DNA of 64,000 nt. It comes from a virus. The position numbers and the translations under genes were made by a program. Of this stretch, positions 25,729-36,000 are shown one piece after another; positions within the stretch are counted from its first letter, which is position 1; each line of letters opens with the position of its first letter. Where the stretch lies: IMG/VR virus record IMGVR_UViG_3300027974_000032, positions 11,015 through 75,014 of that record. One strand, 5' to 3'. A model generated the notes under the pieces. That model was not told the origin of the DNA. It searched no databases and saw only the letters and a program-made list of their open reading frames with translations.

Positions 25729-27507
25729 TTATAGTAAGTTAAATCTATCCAAATAATCTTTTACATCATTTGGCATAGGTTTATATTCTATCACATTGGT
25801 GAAGGGGTTGTCAACTTTGGGGCTGTCCCTAAATGTATGAATCTCCACTTCAGTGTTATTATCCTTTGGGGTATGTGATATTGCCCCAAAAATAGCACCA
25901 CACACAGCGTCAGCCAAGTCTTTTGATAACTTTCGTGGGTGGTCAACTCTATTATTTTTCATAATCTTTAACTCTGTTAGTTCTTCGAACAAAAGTTCTA
26001 TTGAGGGCATCGCAAGTCTTTCCTCATATACAAGCATTGCCATATCTTCATAATGTTTTTTAGCAACAGAAACTGTTTCAGTTCTCATGCCAACCTGCTT
26101 TAATTCATTTTGAATATCAAAGGACTGCCAACGGTCAAAGGAAACCATTCCAATATTGAAACCCATTCTTCTTAAGTTTTGAATCCATTGTTTTACATCC
26201 GAAAGATTGACTGGCCCCTCGACTTTAGGTTCCCAATAGACAACTGCATCTACAACCACTATCGGTGCTACCTGCTCATAATTATTAATAACTTGAACAT
26301 TTACCCATTTGTCTACATGAGCAATTGCAACCGCACACTTGTCATGTTTTTGTGCAAGGTCAGCATGAACATAATAAACTTTATCTGGATCTGGTTTAAA
26401 TGCTTCATCAAATCTTTTAAAATTATCTATTGGATTTCTTAATGTCATACACTTTCTAACTTTTTCTACTTGTTTAAAAAATGCATCTGTAGAGTGTGTT
26501 GGTACACATGCAAATCTTTGCATTGCATCACCCAGGTCTGTAAAGAAAGAAATCTTAAAGTCTTCAATTTTTCTTGTTGGATTAACAACCCATGTTGGTC
26601 TCTTTAAAGCAAAAACTCCAGGATATTTATAAGAAATAATTGTGTCTTCTTGCCAAGATATTTCTAATGTATTTCCTGGTGCATCTGCAGGAAGATCTTC
26701 ATTCATAATAAAGGTGTGAGTCTTTTCAACAATTTCTTTTTCTGCAATTACATCATCATACTTTTGTGAAATAAAGTCTCCTGGATAACGTGGGAAAGAT
26801 AGTAGGGCTACTTTACCAAGATCAGGAAAACGAGAATCAACGGATGCACGGAATGCTTTATATATATTATCTGCTGTTTTTCCTTGTTCATTTCCTGTTC
26901 CAACTTCTTGTGCAAAACCTGAAATTTCATCAAGTACTGCTAACAAAAGGTTTAAACCCTCATGTGACTCACGTTCTGAGTGACCAGAGTAAACAGTAAT
27001 AGAGTGATCAAACTCAATACTTTCTGCTTTTGGATTATACTTTCCAGCAAACCATGGAGACCTTTCAATCTTAGTTTTAAATCCTTTAAAGAAAACATTT
27101 TTAGCCTGTTGAGCATTGATAGCAACGTTAATAATATCAATAGCATCTCCAGATGGTTTACCAAAATATTTTGCTGGATCATTTAAACATAATAGTTTAT
27201 AAACTATATAGGCACATGCTACTGTAGATGTAAAATCTTTACCAGACCCCTTGCCAAGTTGGAGAATTACTTCATTCTTTGTATATTTTTTATAATACCT
27301 TGTACCCTCTTCTTCACCTAGCAAATCAATAAGATCTTCGAGTTTATATATTTGGCTCATTGCCTCAACAATATCGTATTGAACCTGTGAAAGTGGTGGC
27401 TGTCCTAAATAATCTTCACCCTCAACAAAGGTCTTTGCGTTCACTGGTATTTCAGCAAAGTTGTTATTTTTTAATACTTCAAGAAACTCATTGAACATCG
27501 TGGACAA
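25729..27507 (-). CDS. terL: terminase large subunit
   Basis: GKGSGKD Walker A, LAVLDE Walker B, HADLA..HD RNase-H-type nuclease motif, DHP...SKD.ADA. Confidence 0.92.
   Translation of the reverse strand: MSTMFNEFLEVLKNNNFAEIPVNAKTFVEGEDYLGQPPLSQVQYDIVEAMSQIYKLEDLIDLLGEEEGTRYYKKYTKNEVILQLGKGSGKDFTSTVACAYIVYKLLCLNDPAKYFGKPSGDAIDIINVAINAQQAKNVFFKGFKTKIERSPWFAGKYNPKAESIEFDHSITVYSGHSERESHEGLNLLLAVLDEISGFAQEVGTGNEQGKTADNIYKAFRASVDSRFPDLGKVALLSFPRYPGDFISQKYDDVIAEKEIVEKTHTFIMNEDLPADAPGNTLEISWQEDTIISYKYPGVFALKRPTWVVNPTRKIEDFKISFFTDLGDAMQRFACVPTHSTDAFFKQVEKVRKCMTLRNPIDNFKRFDEAFKPDPDKVYYVHADLAQKHDKCAVAIAHVDKWVNVQVINNYEQVAPIVVVDAVVYWEPKVEGPVNLSDVKQWIQNLRRMGFNIGMVSFDRWQSFDIQNELKQVGMRTETVSVAKKHYEDMAMLVYEERLAMPSIELLFEELTELKIMKNNRVDHPRKLSKDLADAVCGAIFGAISHTPKDNNTEVEIHTFRDSPKVDNPFTNVIEYKPMPNDVKDYLDRFNLL
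25785..25814 (-). promoter_or_regulatory. promoter inside the terL 3' end driving the S-layer-like gene
   Basis: TTGACA-18-TAGAAT with TG extension. Confidence 0.7.
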
Positions 27508-28024
27508 CTGTGATTACCTCATTATCTCTTGATATTGCTGATAGTCTACGCATAATTTCATCACGCACTTGTGGATATTCTGCTGCTATATCTCTAAGAA
27601 CATTTATCAATATCTCTTGACGCTTCTCAATCTCAACCATCTCATCTGCAAGTTCTTTATTTTCTAGTAGTCCAGCCTTTTGCAACATATCTATTCTTTT
27701 GGATTCAATATCCATTACAAGTTTTATAGCAGCAGTCTTTGCACTAAGATTATTAGTCATTGATGCCTCGTCAATAACCTCATACGACTTTGAAATTAAT
27801 TTGCTGTAGTGTGCATCTGCTCCAGATAAGGCTTCTTTAGCACGTGCACGAATTGCTGCATTGTTAGATGCACTCACCTTCCACTCATCTATATATGAAA
27901 CAACCCTTTGTCTTGGAATTGCAAGGTCTTTTGAAATTTGTGTGGGGTCATTGCCCTTTAAGTATTCTTCAACAACTTGGTTGACTTGATCTTGATGTTT
28001 GACTAGATCATCTTCAATTGACAT
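27488..28024 (-). CDS. probable terminase small subunit
   Basis: N-terminal HTH (YLKG.DPTQISKDL.I.R..V) and helical body, directly upstream of and overlapping terL. Confidence 0.6.
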   Translation of the reverse strand: MSIEDDLVKHQDQVNQVVEEYLKGNDPTQISKDLAIPRQRVVSYIDEWKVSASNNAAIRARAKEALSGADAHYSKLISKSYEVIDEASMTNNLSAKTAAIKLVMDIESKRIDMLQKAGLLENKELADEMVEIEKRQEILINVLRDIAAEYPQVRDEIMRRLSAISRDNEVITVVHDVQ

Positions 28025-28256
28025 ATTTTCCCTCTAGTCTATTGATTTCATCCTTGATATAAAAAATTGCTTTCTCAAGATCTTGTATTGTTTTTGCTTC
28101 ATCTTTAAGTCCTGCTCTCCACAAATATTTGAATGCATTACCAATATTAAAATTACGGTGGCGAGTAATTTCTAAGCATTCAACCCCAGAAGGATCTGTA
28201 GTGTAGTGTGACGGATGATTAACTTGATCTACCGTAATATTTAAGTTATCACTCAT
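28014..28256 (-). CDS. DUF3310 family protein
   Basis: VNHPSHY...EC.E.....F..GNA.KY.WRAG.K....DLEKA.FY. Confidence 0.9.
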   Translation of the reverse strand: MSDNLNITVDQVNHPSHYTTDPSGVECLEITRHRNFNIGNAFKYLWRAGLKDEAKTIQDLEKAIFYIKDEINRLEGKYVN

Positions 28257-28411
28257 GCTTCTCCTCCAAGATCATGTCCCCACATTGATTCTTCATCATC
28301 ATCTTCCCAATCAAATGCTTCTGGAATTCCTTTTAACGCAGCAAATGCAAAAACAAAGCCAACAGTGCCTGCAACTGCAAGTGCTACCAATGCCTTTTCA
28401 AATTTATTCAT
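28253..28411 (-). CDS. small membrane protein (start refined to ATG 28411)
   Basis: MNKFEKALVALAVAG... one TM plus an acidic tail. Confidence 0.65.
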   Translation of the reverse strand: MNKFEKALVALAVAGTVGFVFAFAALKGIPEAFDWEDDDEESMWGHDLGGEA

Positions 28412-28563
28412 CGTCTTGACTTCCTTAATCCAAATTTGGCAAGGTAGACGTATATGGTCTCTAGACTCACTCCGCACTCCTTAGCAATTTCTTCTGGAGT
28501 CTTCTTATCCATAAGATATCTCTTACGCATAAAAGTCTCACTTGTATATAGTTTAGCAGCCAT
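28408..28563 (-). CDS. small helix-turn-helix protein, 51 aa (not in ORF track)
   Basis: MAAKLYTSETFMRKRYLMDKKTPEEIAKECGVSLETIYVYLAKFGLRKSRR; ATGA coupling to the next gene. Confidence 0.8.
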   Translation of the reverse strand: MAAKLYTSETFMRKRYLMDKKTPEEIAKECGVSLETIYVYLAKFGLRKSRR

Positions 28564-28578
28564 AGTATTATTTGTCAA
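28550..28578 (-). promoter_or_regulatory. promoter at the head of the terminase operon
   Basis: TTGACA-17-TAAACT with TGC extension. Confidence 0.75.
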
Positions 28579-29164
28579 CTCCTATTGCTTTTCCCCAGTT
28601 TTTTAATGCCCAATGGCCAATTCCACAGGCGTCTGCTACATCGTTATCACTAATAGTTCTATCATATATAGTATTGATATATTTTATAGTTCTTTGTTTT
28701 CTAAGTTCTCTCTCATAAGATTTGTACCAGGAAACTGATTTTCCAGGATACTGGTACCTTATGACTACTTGCTCATCTTTTGATATTTTTTTATTTCCAA
28801 TATAGTTTTGCCAAGTTATTGGTGAAACTTTTCCAATTACCTTAGTTCCAGTTTGTCCCGCTGATCCAAGAATAGCCCCTTGTACTAATGCAAGATCTGC
28901 AGCAGTCTTAGGGCTATTCATGAACACAGTATGCTCAATTACTATTGCTTCAAACCCACCATAGTAATCAAAGAATGCCTTAACCTTGTTTCCAGCATCC
29001 ATAACTTTTTCATAGGTGTTGTTGCCTTTAAAGTTAATCTTTCCAACTGCTCCCAACGATTGTTGTTGGGTGTTAAATAAAGCAAAAGCAAGACTATTAG
29101 TGCTTGCATCAATAGAGCATATAGTTGTTGGTGGAAGTTCTAGACCCCACTTATTCTTTACCAT
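28568..29164 (-). CDS. RuvC-like Holliday junction resolvase
   Basis: SIDAST, IVIE, L..VQGA, P..W, D.D.ADA..I. Confidence 0.8.
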   Translation of the reverse strand: MVKNKWGLELPPTTICSIDASTNSLAFALFNTQQQSLGAVGKINFKGNNTYEKVMDAGNKVKAFFDYYGGFEAIVIEHTVFMNSPKTAADLALVQGAILGSAGQTGTKVIGKVSPITWQNYIGNKKISKDEQVVIRYQYPGKSVSWYKSYERELRKQRTIKYINTIYDRTISDNDVADACGIGHWALKNWGKAIGVDK

Positions 29165-29435
29165 TTGCAAGCCCCTTAATATTCTTTAAAACTTTTGCAA
29201 CATCTTTTGGATTAACTGAACAGTTTGTACACAAGGGTTCATCATTATAGATGGACAAATCTTTATCACAAGATTTGCACTTTCTAGTTTTGCCTTTTCG
29301 TTTTTGCCTTCTAGTTATAATATATCTTGCAGCAATTTTTTCTTTTGTTGCTGAGTCCCTGCACTCTGCAGAACAATATATTTGATAACTTACTTCTGTC
29401 TTAAAGGAGTTATCACACCATTGACAATTTTTCAT
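29151..29435 (-). CDS. Cys-rich zinc-finger protein
   Basis: CxxC...YCS..C...CxxC...CxxC. Confidence 0.75.
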   Translation of the reverse strand: MKNCQWCDNSFKTEVSYQIYCSAECRDSATKEKIAARYIITRRQKRKGKTRKCKSCDKDLSIYNDEPLCTNCSVNPKDVAKVLKNIKGLANGKE

Positions 29436-30210
29436 CGATTGGCTCCAGAGGTTTTATTTTTATAGTTCCCTCTCCAGCAATGTCACAAGCCTTTTTTACA
29501 GGACATGTTTTACATATTTTAGAGTTAGATCTATAATTTTTACTTGGCAAAGTTCTATCGACCCATGCCTTGCGTGTCTCTTTCATCCAATCAAATGCTT
29601 GGTCTACCCACCTAACATAATAATCATTTACTTCAACAGGAAGAATTAGCAACTCATGATTATTTTTATTTTCATAAATAAACACAGCCTTCTTCTTCTT
29701 GAGAATCTTCATATAGATAAGCAACTGTATAAGGTGACCAGTCTTTGGTCTTCCCGCTGCTTTGCGATATTCAAAAGCCTCGCTCATCATTGTTTTAATT
29801 TCACCAAGCAGTGGCTCGCCTTGCCAGTCAAGCATTACATCCCCATAACCAAAAATTGGAGGATCAACGTAAGTGACCTTAAACTCTTCTTCAATTAAAA
29901 TTCCAGCATCTTTCATAGCCTTTTGCAAACGCCCATGTGAAAGTGTTCCAGCAGTCATGTTAGCAACACCATAAGCGTCTGAGTTGTCTTCAAAGTCCGC
30001 TCCGTCAAAAGCAATGTACCAGTATCTTGCACATTCTCCATGAGAGTATGCTAATGTTGATGGTGCAAAGGTTTTCTTTGTTGTAAATTTTGTTCCTCTT
30101 GGTGCAGTATAGCCATGCTGAATTGCTTTAATCAGTCCTTCTGGATCGACTGGATGAGGCTCTTTTGGTGCTGACCTGATCATAACCTGCTGTAATAAAC
30201 TTTTAGACAT
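29413..30210 (-). CDS. Cas4-like PD-(D/E)XK exonuclease
   Basis: EC.RY.Y, GT..H, G..D, EIKT, QL..YM, C..CP....C Fe-S staple. Confidence 0.88.
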   Translation of the reverse strand: MSKSLLQQVMIRSAPKEPHPVDPEGLIKAIQHGYTAPRGTKFTTKKTFAPSTLAYSHGECARYWYIAFDGADFEDNSDAYGVANMTAGTLSHGRLQKAMKDAGILIEEEFKVTYVDPPIFGYGDVMLDWQGEPLLGEIKTMMSEAFEYRKAAGRPKTGHLIQLLIYMKILKKKKAVFIYENKNNHELLILPVEVNDYYVRWVDQAFDWMKETRKAWVDRTLPSKNYRSNSKICKTCPVKKACDIAGEGTIKIKPLEPIDEKLSMV

Positions 30211-30249
30211 TATCTTTTCTCTTTTCTTGTAAGTTATAAGTATAGCAGA

Positions 30250-30555
30250 TTAACGGATTATATATTTGAGTGCTGCAACTAAATTGTTAATTGACTCTGC
30301 TGCAGTATAGTAAATGTTTTTCTTTCCCCTATTAGATTTATCAACGTTTGCCATCCAAGTTGCTTTAAAAGACATCTTTGCAGCAATGGCCTGTAATCTA
30401 ACTATTTCAGTTGAAACAACGTTAAATGGGATATCTGGTTTTAATATTGCTTTTGTGATAAACACTAATGCGGTTGTCAGATCTTCATCATCCATAAACT
30501 CTGATATTTCGGACAACCCATTAAGCATATCTACGGTTGAATTATTTTCTTCCAA
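30250..30555 (-). CDS. hypothetical protein
   Basis: 101 aa helical ORF. Confidence 0.7.
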   Translation of the reverse strand: MEENNSTVDMLNGLSEISEFMDDEDLTTALVFITKAILKPDIPFNVVSTEIVRLQAIAAKMSFKATWMANVDKSNRGKKNIYYTAAESINNLVAALKYIIR

Positions 30556-30563
30556 TGTAGTTT

Positions 30564-31244
30564 CTACTCTCTGTTTTGTTTTAGTTTTTCGTCTTTATCT
30601 TGATACTCTGTTTGATACTTTTTAAATTTTGGATTTGCGTTCCAACTATCTAATCTGGCCTGTCTTGCATCATCTTCTCTTGCTGGGCCATTTAGAGTCT
30701 CATGATCTTCTTTTGTTGAGAAGTGCATTGTAAGAACCTCTGTATTGTCACCTTCATTAAAAAGAATTGGTTCTCTCCAGTGAATAGTTCCTGCTCCCCA
30801 AAATACAAGTAGGTCTCCATATTCCAAATTAAATGAATCCTCTTCAATAACAATTGGCCAATCAATATTTTTATCTAGTTGATAGTCAAGTGTTAACTTT
30901 GAGTAATAATTATCTGAATCAAAATGTGGTGGCAACTTAGGGTTTGCTCCTGGGGAGTGTTCCTGATTATAACTCAGGTAACTATTGTGGTACATAAAAA
31001 CTTGTTCTCCAACCATTTCTGAGGCAAACTTTTCAAGTTTTTCCTGAATATGTACTGGGTACATAACTTCGATTTGCATTCGTGCCATTTGTGGTAAGAC
31101 AAAAGGCTCATAGAACTCGCTTAGATCTTTAGCATTTTTTTGATACTTTACTATAGCAAGTATGACTTCTAGTTCTTCTTCTGTAAAGAAGTTCTTTATG
31201 ATATGTGGTGTTACTGCGTTCTTTGGTGCGTATCCTGTATCCAT
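30564..31244 (-). CDS. 2OG-Fe(II) oxygenase-like protein (start refined to ATG 31244, leaderless)
   Basis: LPPHFD, DWP..I, GD.LVF.G...HWRE. Confidence 0.7.
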   Translation of the reverse strand: MDTGYAPKNAVTPHIIKNFFTEEELEVILAIVKYQKNAKDLSEFYEPFVLPQMARMQIEVMYPVHIQEKLEKFASEMVGEQVFMYHNSYLSYNQEHSPGANPKLPPHFDSDNYYSKLTLDYQLDKNIDWPIVIEEDSFNLEYGDLLVFWGAGTIHWREPILFNEGDNTEVLTMHFSTKEDHETLNGPAREDDARQARLDSWNANPKFKKYQTEYQDKDEKLKQNRE

Positions 31245-31251
31245 AATACTA

Positions 31252-31539
31252 TTATACCTCATCCTCTAAAAGTTGTTCTAGAATTGCTACCTCTATTACT
31301 GCCAACCTTACCTTTGAATTTCCTTCGCCCAAAACAATAAAAATAGCAGGATCGTTTTTATTTTTCATTGCATCTGTAACTGCTTTTGCCCAAATATCCT
31401 TATTGATAGTTATACCTTTTGGATACTCTTTAAAATCAACTGTGAAGTTATTCCAAGTGGCATCGCCTTTATGTGTATTCCTACCAGAATTTTTATGCTG
31501 CTTAGCCCCTATCCTTTTGCTCTCGCTTCTCTCGCTCAT
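31252..31539 (-). CDS. small PD-(D/E)XK nuclease / Holliday junction resolvase-like
   Basis: E.SE, NSGR...KGD......VDFKE. Confidence 0.7.
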   Translation of the reverse strand: MSERSESKRIGAKQHKNSGRNTHKGDATWNNFTVDFKEYPKGITINKDIWAKAVTDAMKNKNDPAIFIVLGEGNSKVRLAVIEVAILEQLLEDEV

Positions 31540-31696
31540 AGTCTTTTTTCTCCTTAATGAGTTTAACCTTGCTCAAGTGTTTTTCTGGGCACATCCATGA
31601 TATTTCTTTTGTATCTGGATATAGTCTCATTGTCTTTACATCTACCCCGCATGATTGGCAGAGCATGTTTCCATGATAAATGCTATATCTAGCCAT
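31502..31696 (-). CDS. small Zn-binding protein
   Basis: CxxC...C..KH. Confidence 0.65.
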   Translation of the reverse strand: MARYSIYHGNMLCQSCGVDVKTMRLYPDTKEISWMCPEKHLSKVKLIKEKKDYEREKREQKDRG

Positions 31697-32702
31697 TAAC
31701 CTTAGCCTTAATTAAATCCTGTAAGTCTAAATCTTCTCTAACACGATTAACAAAAGCATCTCGTCCTTGTACCTTAGATCCATCTGGAAGCACGTACCAA
31801 GCACCTGTGCGCTCTACAATGCCCATCATTTCTGCTGTATCAACCAAATCACCAATGGAATCAATACCAACATTGTCACCTCTAAAATAAAAATCATACT
31901 CACCACTCTGGAACCCTGGAGAAGTTTTAGAGAACTGTAGTTCCCATCTAACTTTTCGACCAATCTTTTCTTCAATGAGTTTGTCACCAATTGCGATTTT
32001 TCCTTTAATAGCCTGATTGTCAGATTCAGATGAAAATAATTTAATAACACTTGATGAATAAAACTTAGTAGCCTGACCACCAGTAGGCTGCTGGCTAGTA
32101 TACATAGCGCTAATATTATTACGAGACTGACTAATAAGCACAAGCATAGTAGGCTTAACTTTATTATTAGCATAGTTAAGCATTTTCCATGCATTGCTAA
32201 AGTCTCTAGACTCCGCACCAATTTGCTTTGTGTTTTCAAGTTGCTTGAGTTCATCAGTATCCTTTTCAAAATAAATTGCTGGGAGCAACGATGTGATAGA
32301 GTCAACAACAATCATATCTACCCCTGCCTCAATTAATTGTACACCAACATCAACCATCTCATTAATGGTTCTTGCTTGTGAAACAATAAGTTTAGATGTA
32401 TCTACTCCAAGGCTTGCTGCCCACTTAGTATCATATGACATTTCTGCATCAATCCAGGCGCAGACCTTTCCTTCTTGTTGGGCAAGACCAATCATTTGCA
32501 AACATAAAGAAGATTTAGCAGAAGACTTACTTCCCCAAATTAAAACTTGTCGACCATATGGAAGGCCACCATTTAATGCACGATTAAGCCCATAACTTGG
32601 TGTTGCTGCATATTGTGTTGGTGGAACTACATCACCAATCATTACGCTCTTGCGTAACTTTGGATTTAGTGATGCTAAAACCTCTTCTACTGTTACTGTC
32701 AT
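31689..32702 (-). CDS. recA: RecA-like recombinase
   Basis: L..ALNGGLP.GR, WIDAE, IVVDS, ISQ.R, TGG.A.KFYSS, G.V...GAWY. Confidence 0.92.
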   Translation of the reverse strand: MTVTVEEVLASLNPKLRKSVMIGDVVPPTQYAATPSYGLNRALNGGLPYGRQVLIWGSKSSAKSSLCLQMIGLAQQEGKVCAWIDAEMSYDTKWAASLGVDTSKLIVSQARTINEMVDVGVQLIEAGVDMIVVDSITSLLPAIYFEKDTDELKQLENTKQIGAESRDFSNAWKMLNYANNKVKPTMLVLISQSRNNISAMYTSQQPTGGQATKFYSSSVIKLFSSESDNQAIKGKIAIGDKLIEEKIGRKVRWELQFSKTSPGFQSGEYDFYFRGDNVGIDSIGDLVDTAEMMGIVERTGAWYVLPDGSKVQGRDAFVNRVREDLDLQDLIKAKVNG

Positions 32703-33019
32703 CAGAACTTTACTCCATGCTTCTCTGGTCTAGTTTTATTAAATTGTGTTTTTTCTTTTAACGCATAATCAAGCGATAATTTAGTATACCCTGCTTCAAC
32801 AAGTCCTGCATATAGATCAAGGGTACGAATTAAAATGTCTGCTACTTCTTTTGTTATTTCTTCTTCCCCTTTATCTTTTCTAATTGCTTCCATTGTTTCT
32901 GTAACTTCTGAAACAACCATCATACACTGTTTAGCAATAAATATATCATCTATTTCTTCAGGCCAAAAACCTTTTTCTTTTGCTATTTCATGTAATTGTA
33001 TTGCTAAATCATCAAGCAT
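32702..33019 (-). CDS. MazG-like NTP pyrophosphohydrolase
   Basis: SEVTE..EA.RK...KEVADI.IR.LD...K..FN..R...HG. Confidence 0.85.
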   Translation of the reverse strand: MLDDLAIQLHEIAKEKGFWPEEIDDIFIAKQCMMVVSEVTETMEAIRKDKGEEEITKEVADILIRTLDLYAGLVEAGYTKLSLDYALKEKTQFNKTRPEKHGVKF

Positions 33020-36000
33020 TTATATCCTCCAATATTACTGTTCCATCTTTAGTCTTACCCAAACTAAACTTATAAATGTTTCCTTCTTCAATCTTCATAT
33101 ATGCTTTTGCAAATGCAGTTGGGAAAACTGTAATTGAATGAAGTTCTCTGCTTGAATCTGCAACTGTAAGGGATGCCATTTTTTTACCAGTCTTTGTAAC
33201 TCTTGGCTTAAAAGAAACAACAAACATGTCATCATCCTTATATGGAAGCATCTTATAGTTTAAAAATTTAACCAAGGCACTGCTGGATCCCTTTATTTGT
33301 TCAACAGGAATAGCACTAAGTATCCTGTTATCATTAGCCAAAATGAGATACGATATGCCAGCCTCAATAGTTGTTTGTTCGTCATCAAATATTCCTACAC
33401 TTCCTGTTTTATCTAGTAACTCTACCCTTGACCATCCCTTTGCTCTTTTAATACTCTTGACCATTCCCATCATAACAAAAGAACCTTTTTCTTCATAGTC
33501 TTCAATAGAACTAATGAATGCGTGGTAATGTGATGGAACTGTGATATTAAACTCAGGTAAATTCAAATACTCGTAGAGATTTTCTTTGATTTCTTGTTCA
33601 TCTCTTGGGTTGTCAGTGAAAGTTGCTGCACCAATAACTCGTAATGCTTGTAAAGCACGAGAATTGACTCCATTTCCTTTTGTAAAAGTAAACTCTTCAA
33701 GTTCTTTATATGATCCAAAAGGCCTTGCAACCATATATCTTTCAGCAATTTTGTCTGAAATATACTTAATACCCGATAAGCCAAAGCGAATGCCCTTGCC
33801 TTCAATTTTAAAGTCAATATCAGAATCATTAATGTGAGGTAACTTGATACTAATGCCCATTCTTTTTGCCTCAATAAGATATTCAGTTCGTGCATCTTTA
33901 TCCTTTTCATTCTTCAATAGTGAATACATAAACTCTAATGGGTAGTGATACTTTAACCACGCCGTCCAATATGAAAGAGTTGAGTAAGCAACTGCGTGAC
34001 TTTTATTAAATGAGTACCCAGCATGTGCTTCAAAGTCTTGCCATAAATCTTTAGCATCGTTAGGCGAAATATAAGCAGATGCACCAGATACAAACTTATC
34101 CTTGAAAATGTCAAACTCTTTAGCATCTTTTTTCTTTCCAATGATCTTTCTAACTTTATCTGCTTCCGACATGGACATACCGCCAAGTTGTACGCATGCT
34201 TGCATAACTTGTTCTTGGTAAAGAATACAACCATAAGTTTCCTCCGTAAATGATTTAATAACTTGGTGCTTATAACTTGGATTTTGTCTACCATGTTTAA
34301 TAGCAATATAATCTTTTCCAATTGTATTCATTGCACCTGGGCGAACCAAAGCATTTGATGCAGCAAGTTCTGATAGATTCTTAACACCCATCTTTACAAG
34401 CAGATTAGTGTATGGTGCTGCTTCACACTGAAATACACCCTTAGTATATCCATCAGAAAGCATTTGATACACATTTGCATCATCCATTGGAATTGTTAAT
34501 GGATCAATGGTTTTACCATCTCGTTCTTTAATAATTTCAAGGGCATCTTTAAGTACACTTAAAGTTTTTAGTCCAAGTGCATCGATCTTGATTAGACCAA
34601 TTTTTTCAGCCTCTTCCATGTCAACTGCAACAACAGGAATGCGCTCATCGCTACCAGTAGAAGAGCGTGTCTCCATTGGTGCGTACCTAAAAATAGGATC
34701 TTTGCTAGTGACAACACCAGCAGCATGAATGCCAGTACCTCTAATACGACCACGTAGTTGCTCGCCATAAATCTCTACCTCTGGATATTTCTCACGAAAC
34801 TCTCGTGTTGTTTTTGAACTACAATATTCATCCCAAGTATCAACCATCTTTAAGACTTTATTTACATCAGTCAAGGGAATATTTAATACTCTTGCTACAT
34901 CTCGAACAACACCCTTATCTTTAAATGATAAGAATGTAGCAATAGAGGCAACATGTCGATACTGTCTAACAAGATAATCCTTTACTTCTTCACGACGTGT
35001 ATCCTGAATATCTGTATCAATATCTGGAAAGTCATTACGGTCTGGGTTAATAAAACGAAAGAAAAGTAGTCCATGTTGAATTGGGTCAATGTCAGTAATT
35101 CTTAAAACATAACAAAGTAAAGATCCTGCAGCAGATCCACGACCTGGACCTACCATGATTCCTTCTTTTTTAGCCCAAGTAATCATATTGCGTACCACAA
35201 GAAAATAAGGACCAAACTTTTTATCTTTAATTACCTTTAACTCTTCATCAAGTCTATCAAGGTATTCCTGGTTCCCCTCAAATCCTCTTTCCTTTAATCC
35301 TTCTAAAGCAAGTTCTTTGAGTTCTTTATCTGGGTTCTTGTATTGTACTGGCAGTAAATCTAGTCCTTCTTGTATTCCATAGTCCCCAACTTTTTCTGCA
35401 ATTGCTAATGTATTAGAATATATATCTGGTCTGTCAATCCCCTGAGACTCCATCGCTGCCTTCATCTCTTCATAAGAAAGTAGGTGAATGTCAAACTCAT
35501 TAAATGTAATTTGGCGATCATGTCCATACAGATAATCTAAACGATCCATCATATTGGTGTGCTTTTTAGACTTTTCAAATGTATGCTCTTTGTCAATCTT
35601 GACATGTGTATTAAGTAGTAGTTTAAATTCTTGAATCTCTTTTTGATCTGTTGAACTATGATGGCAGTCAGGTGTAACTACAACCTGAACACCAAACTCA
35701 TCAGCCAACTGAATCAACTGCTTATTAATTTCTGCCTCATTATGTGGCATAACCTCAATATAGTAGTCGTCACTAAAGACTCGCTTAAACCATTCAATGT
35801 GTTTCTTTGCGATTGCAAACTCATTATTCTCAAGTGCCTTTACAAGAACACTACTTGGGCAAGCAGATGTGACAATAATACCTTCTGCATATTTCTCAAG
35901 AACCTCAAAGTCAAATCGTGGCTTCTTAAAGAATCCCTCTGTCCAAGCAATCTCATTAATCTTATTTAAATTTTCTAAACCAATTTGATTCTTGGCGAGA

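Noticed and set aside
29413-30210. Cas4-like gene as evidence of a CRISPR-Cas system
   Set aside because: No array or other cas genes seen; stand-alone Cas4-like nucleases are usual in phage recombination modules
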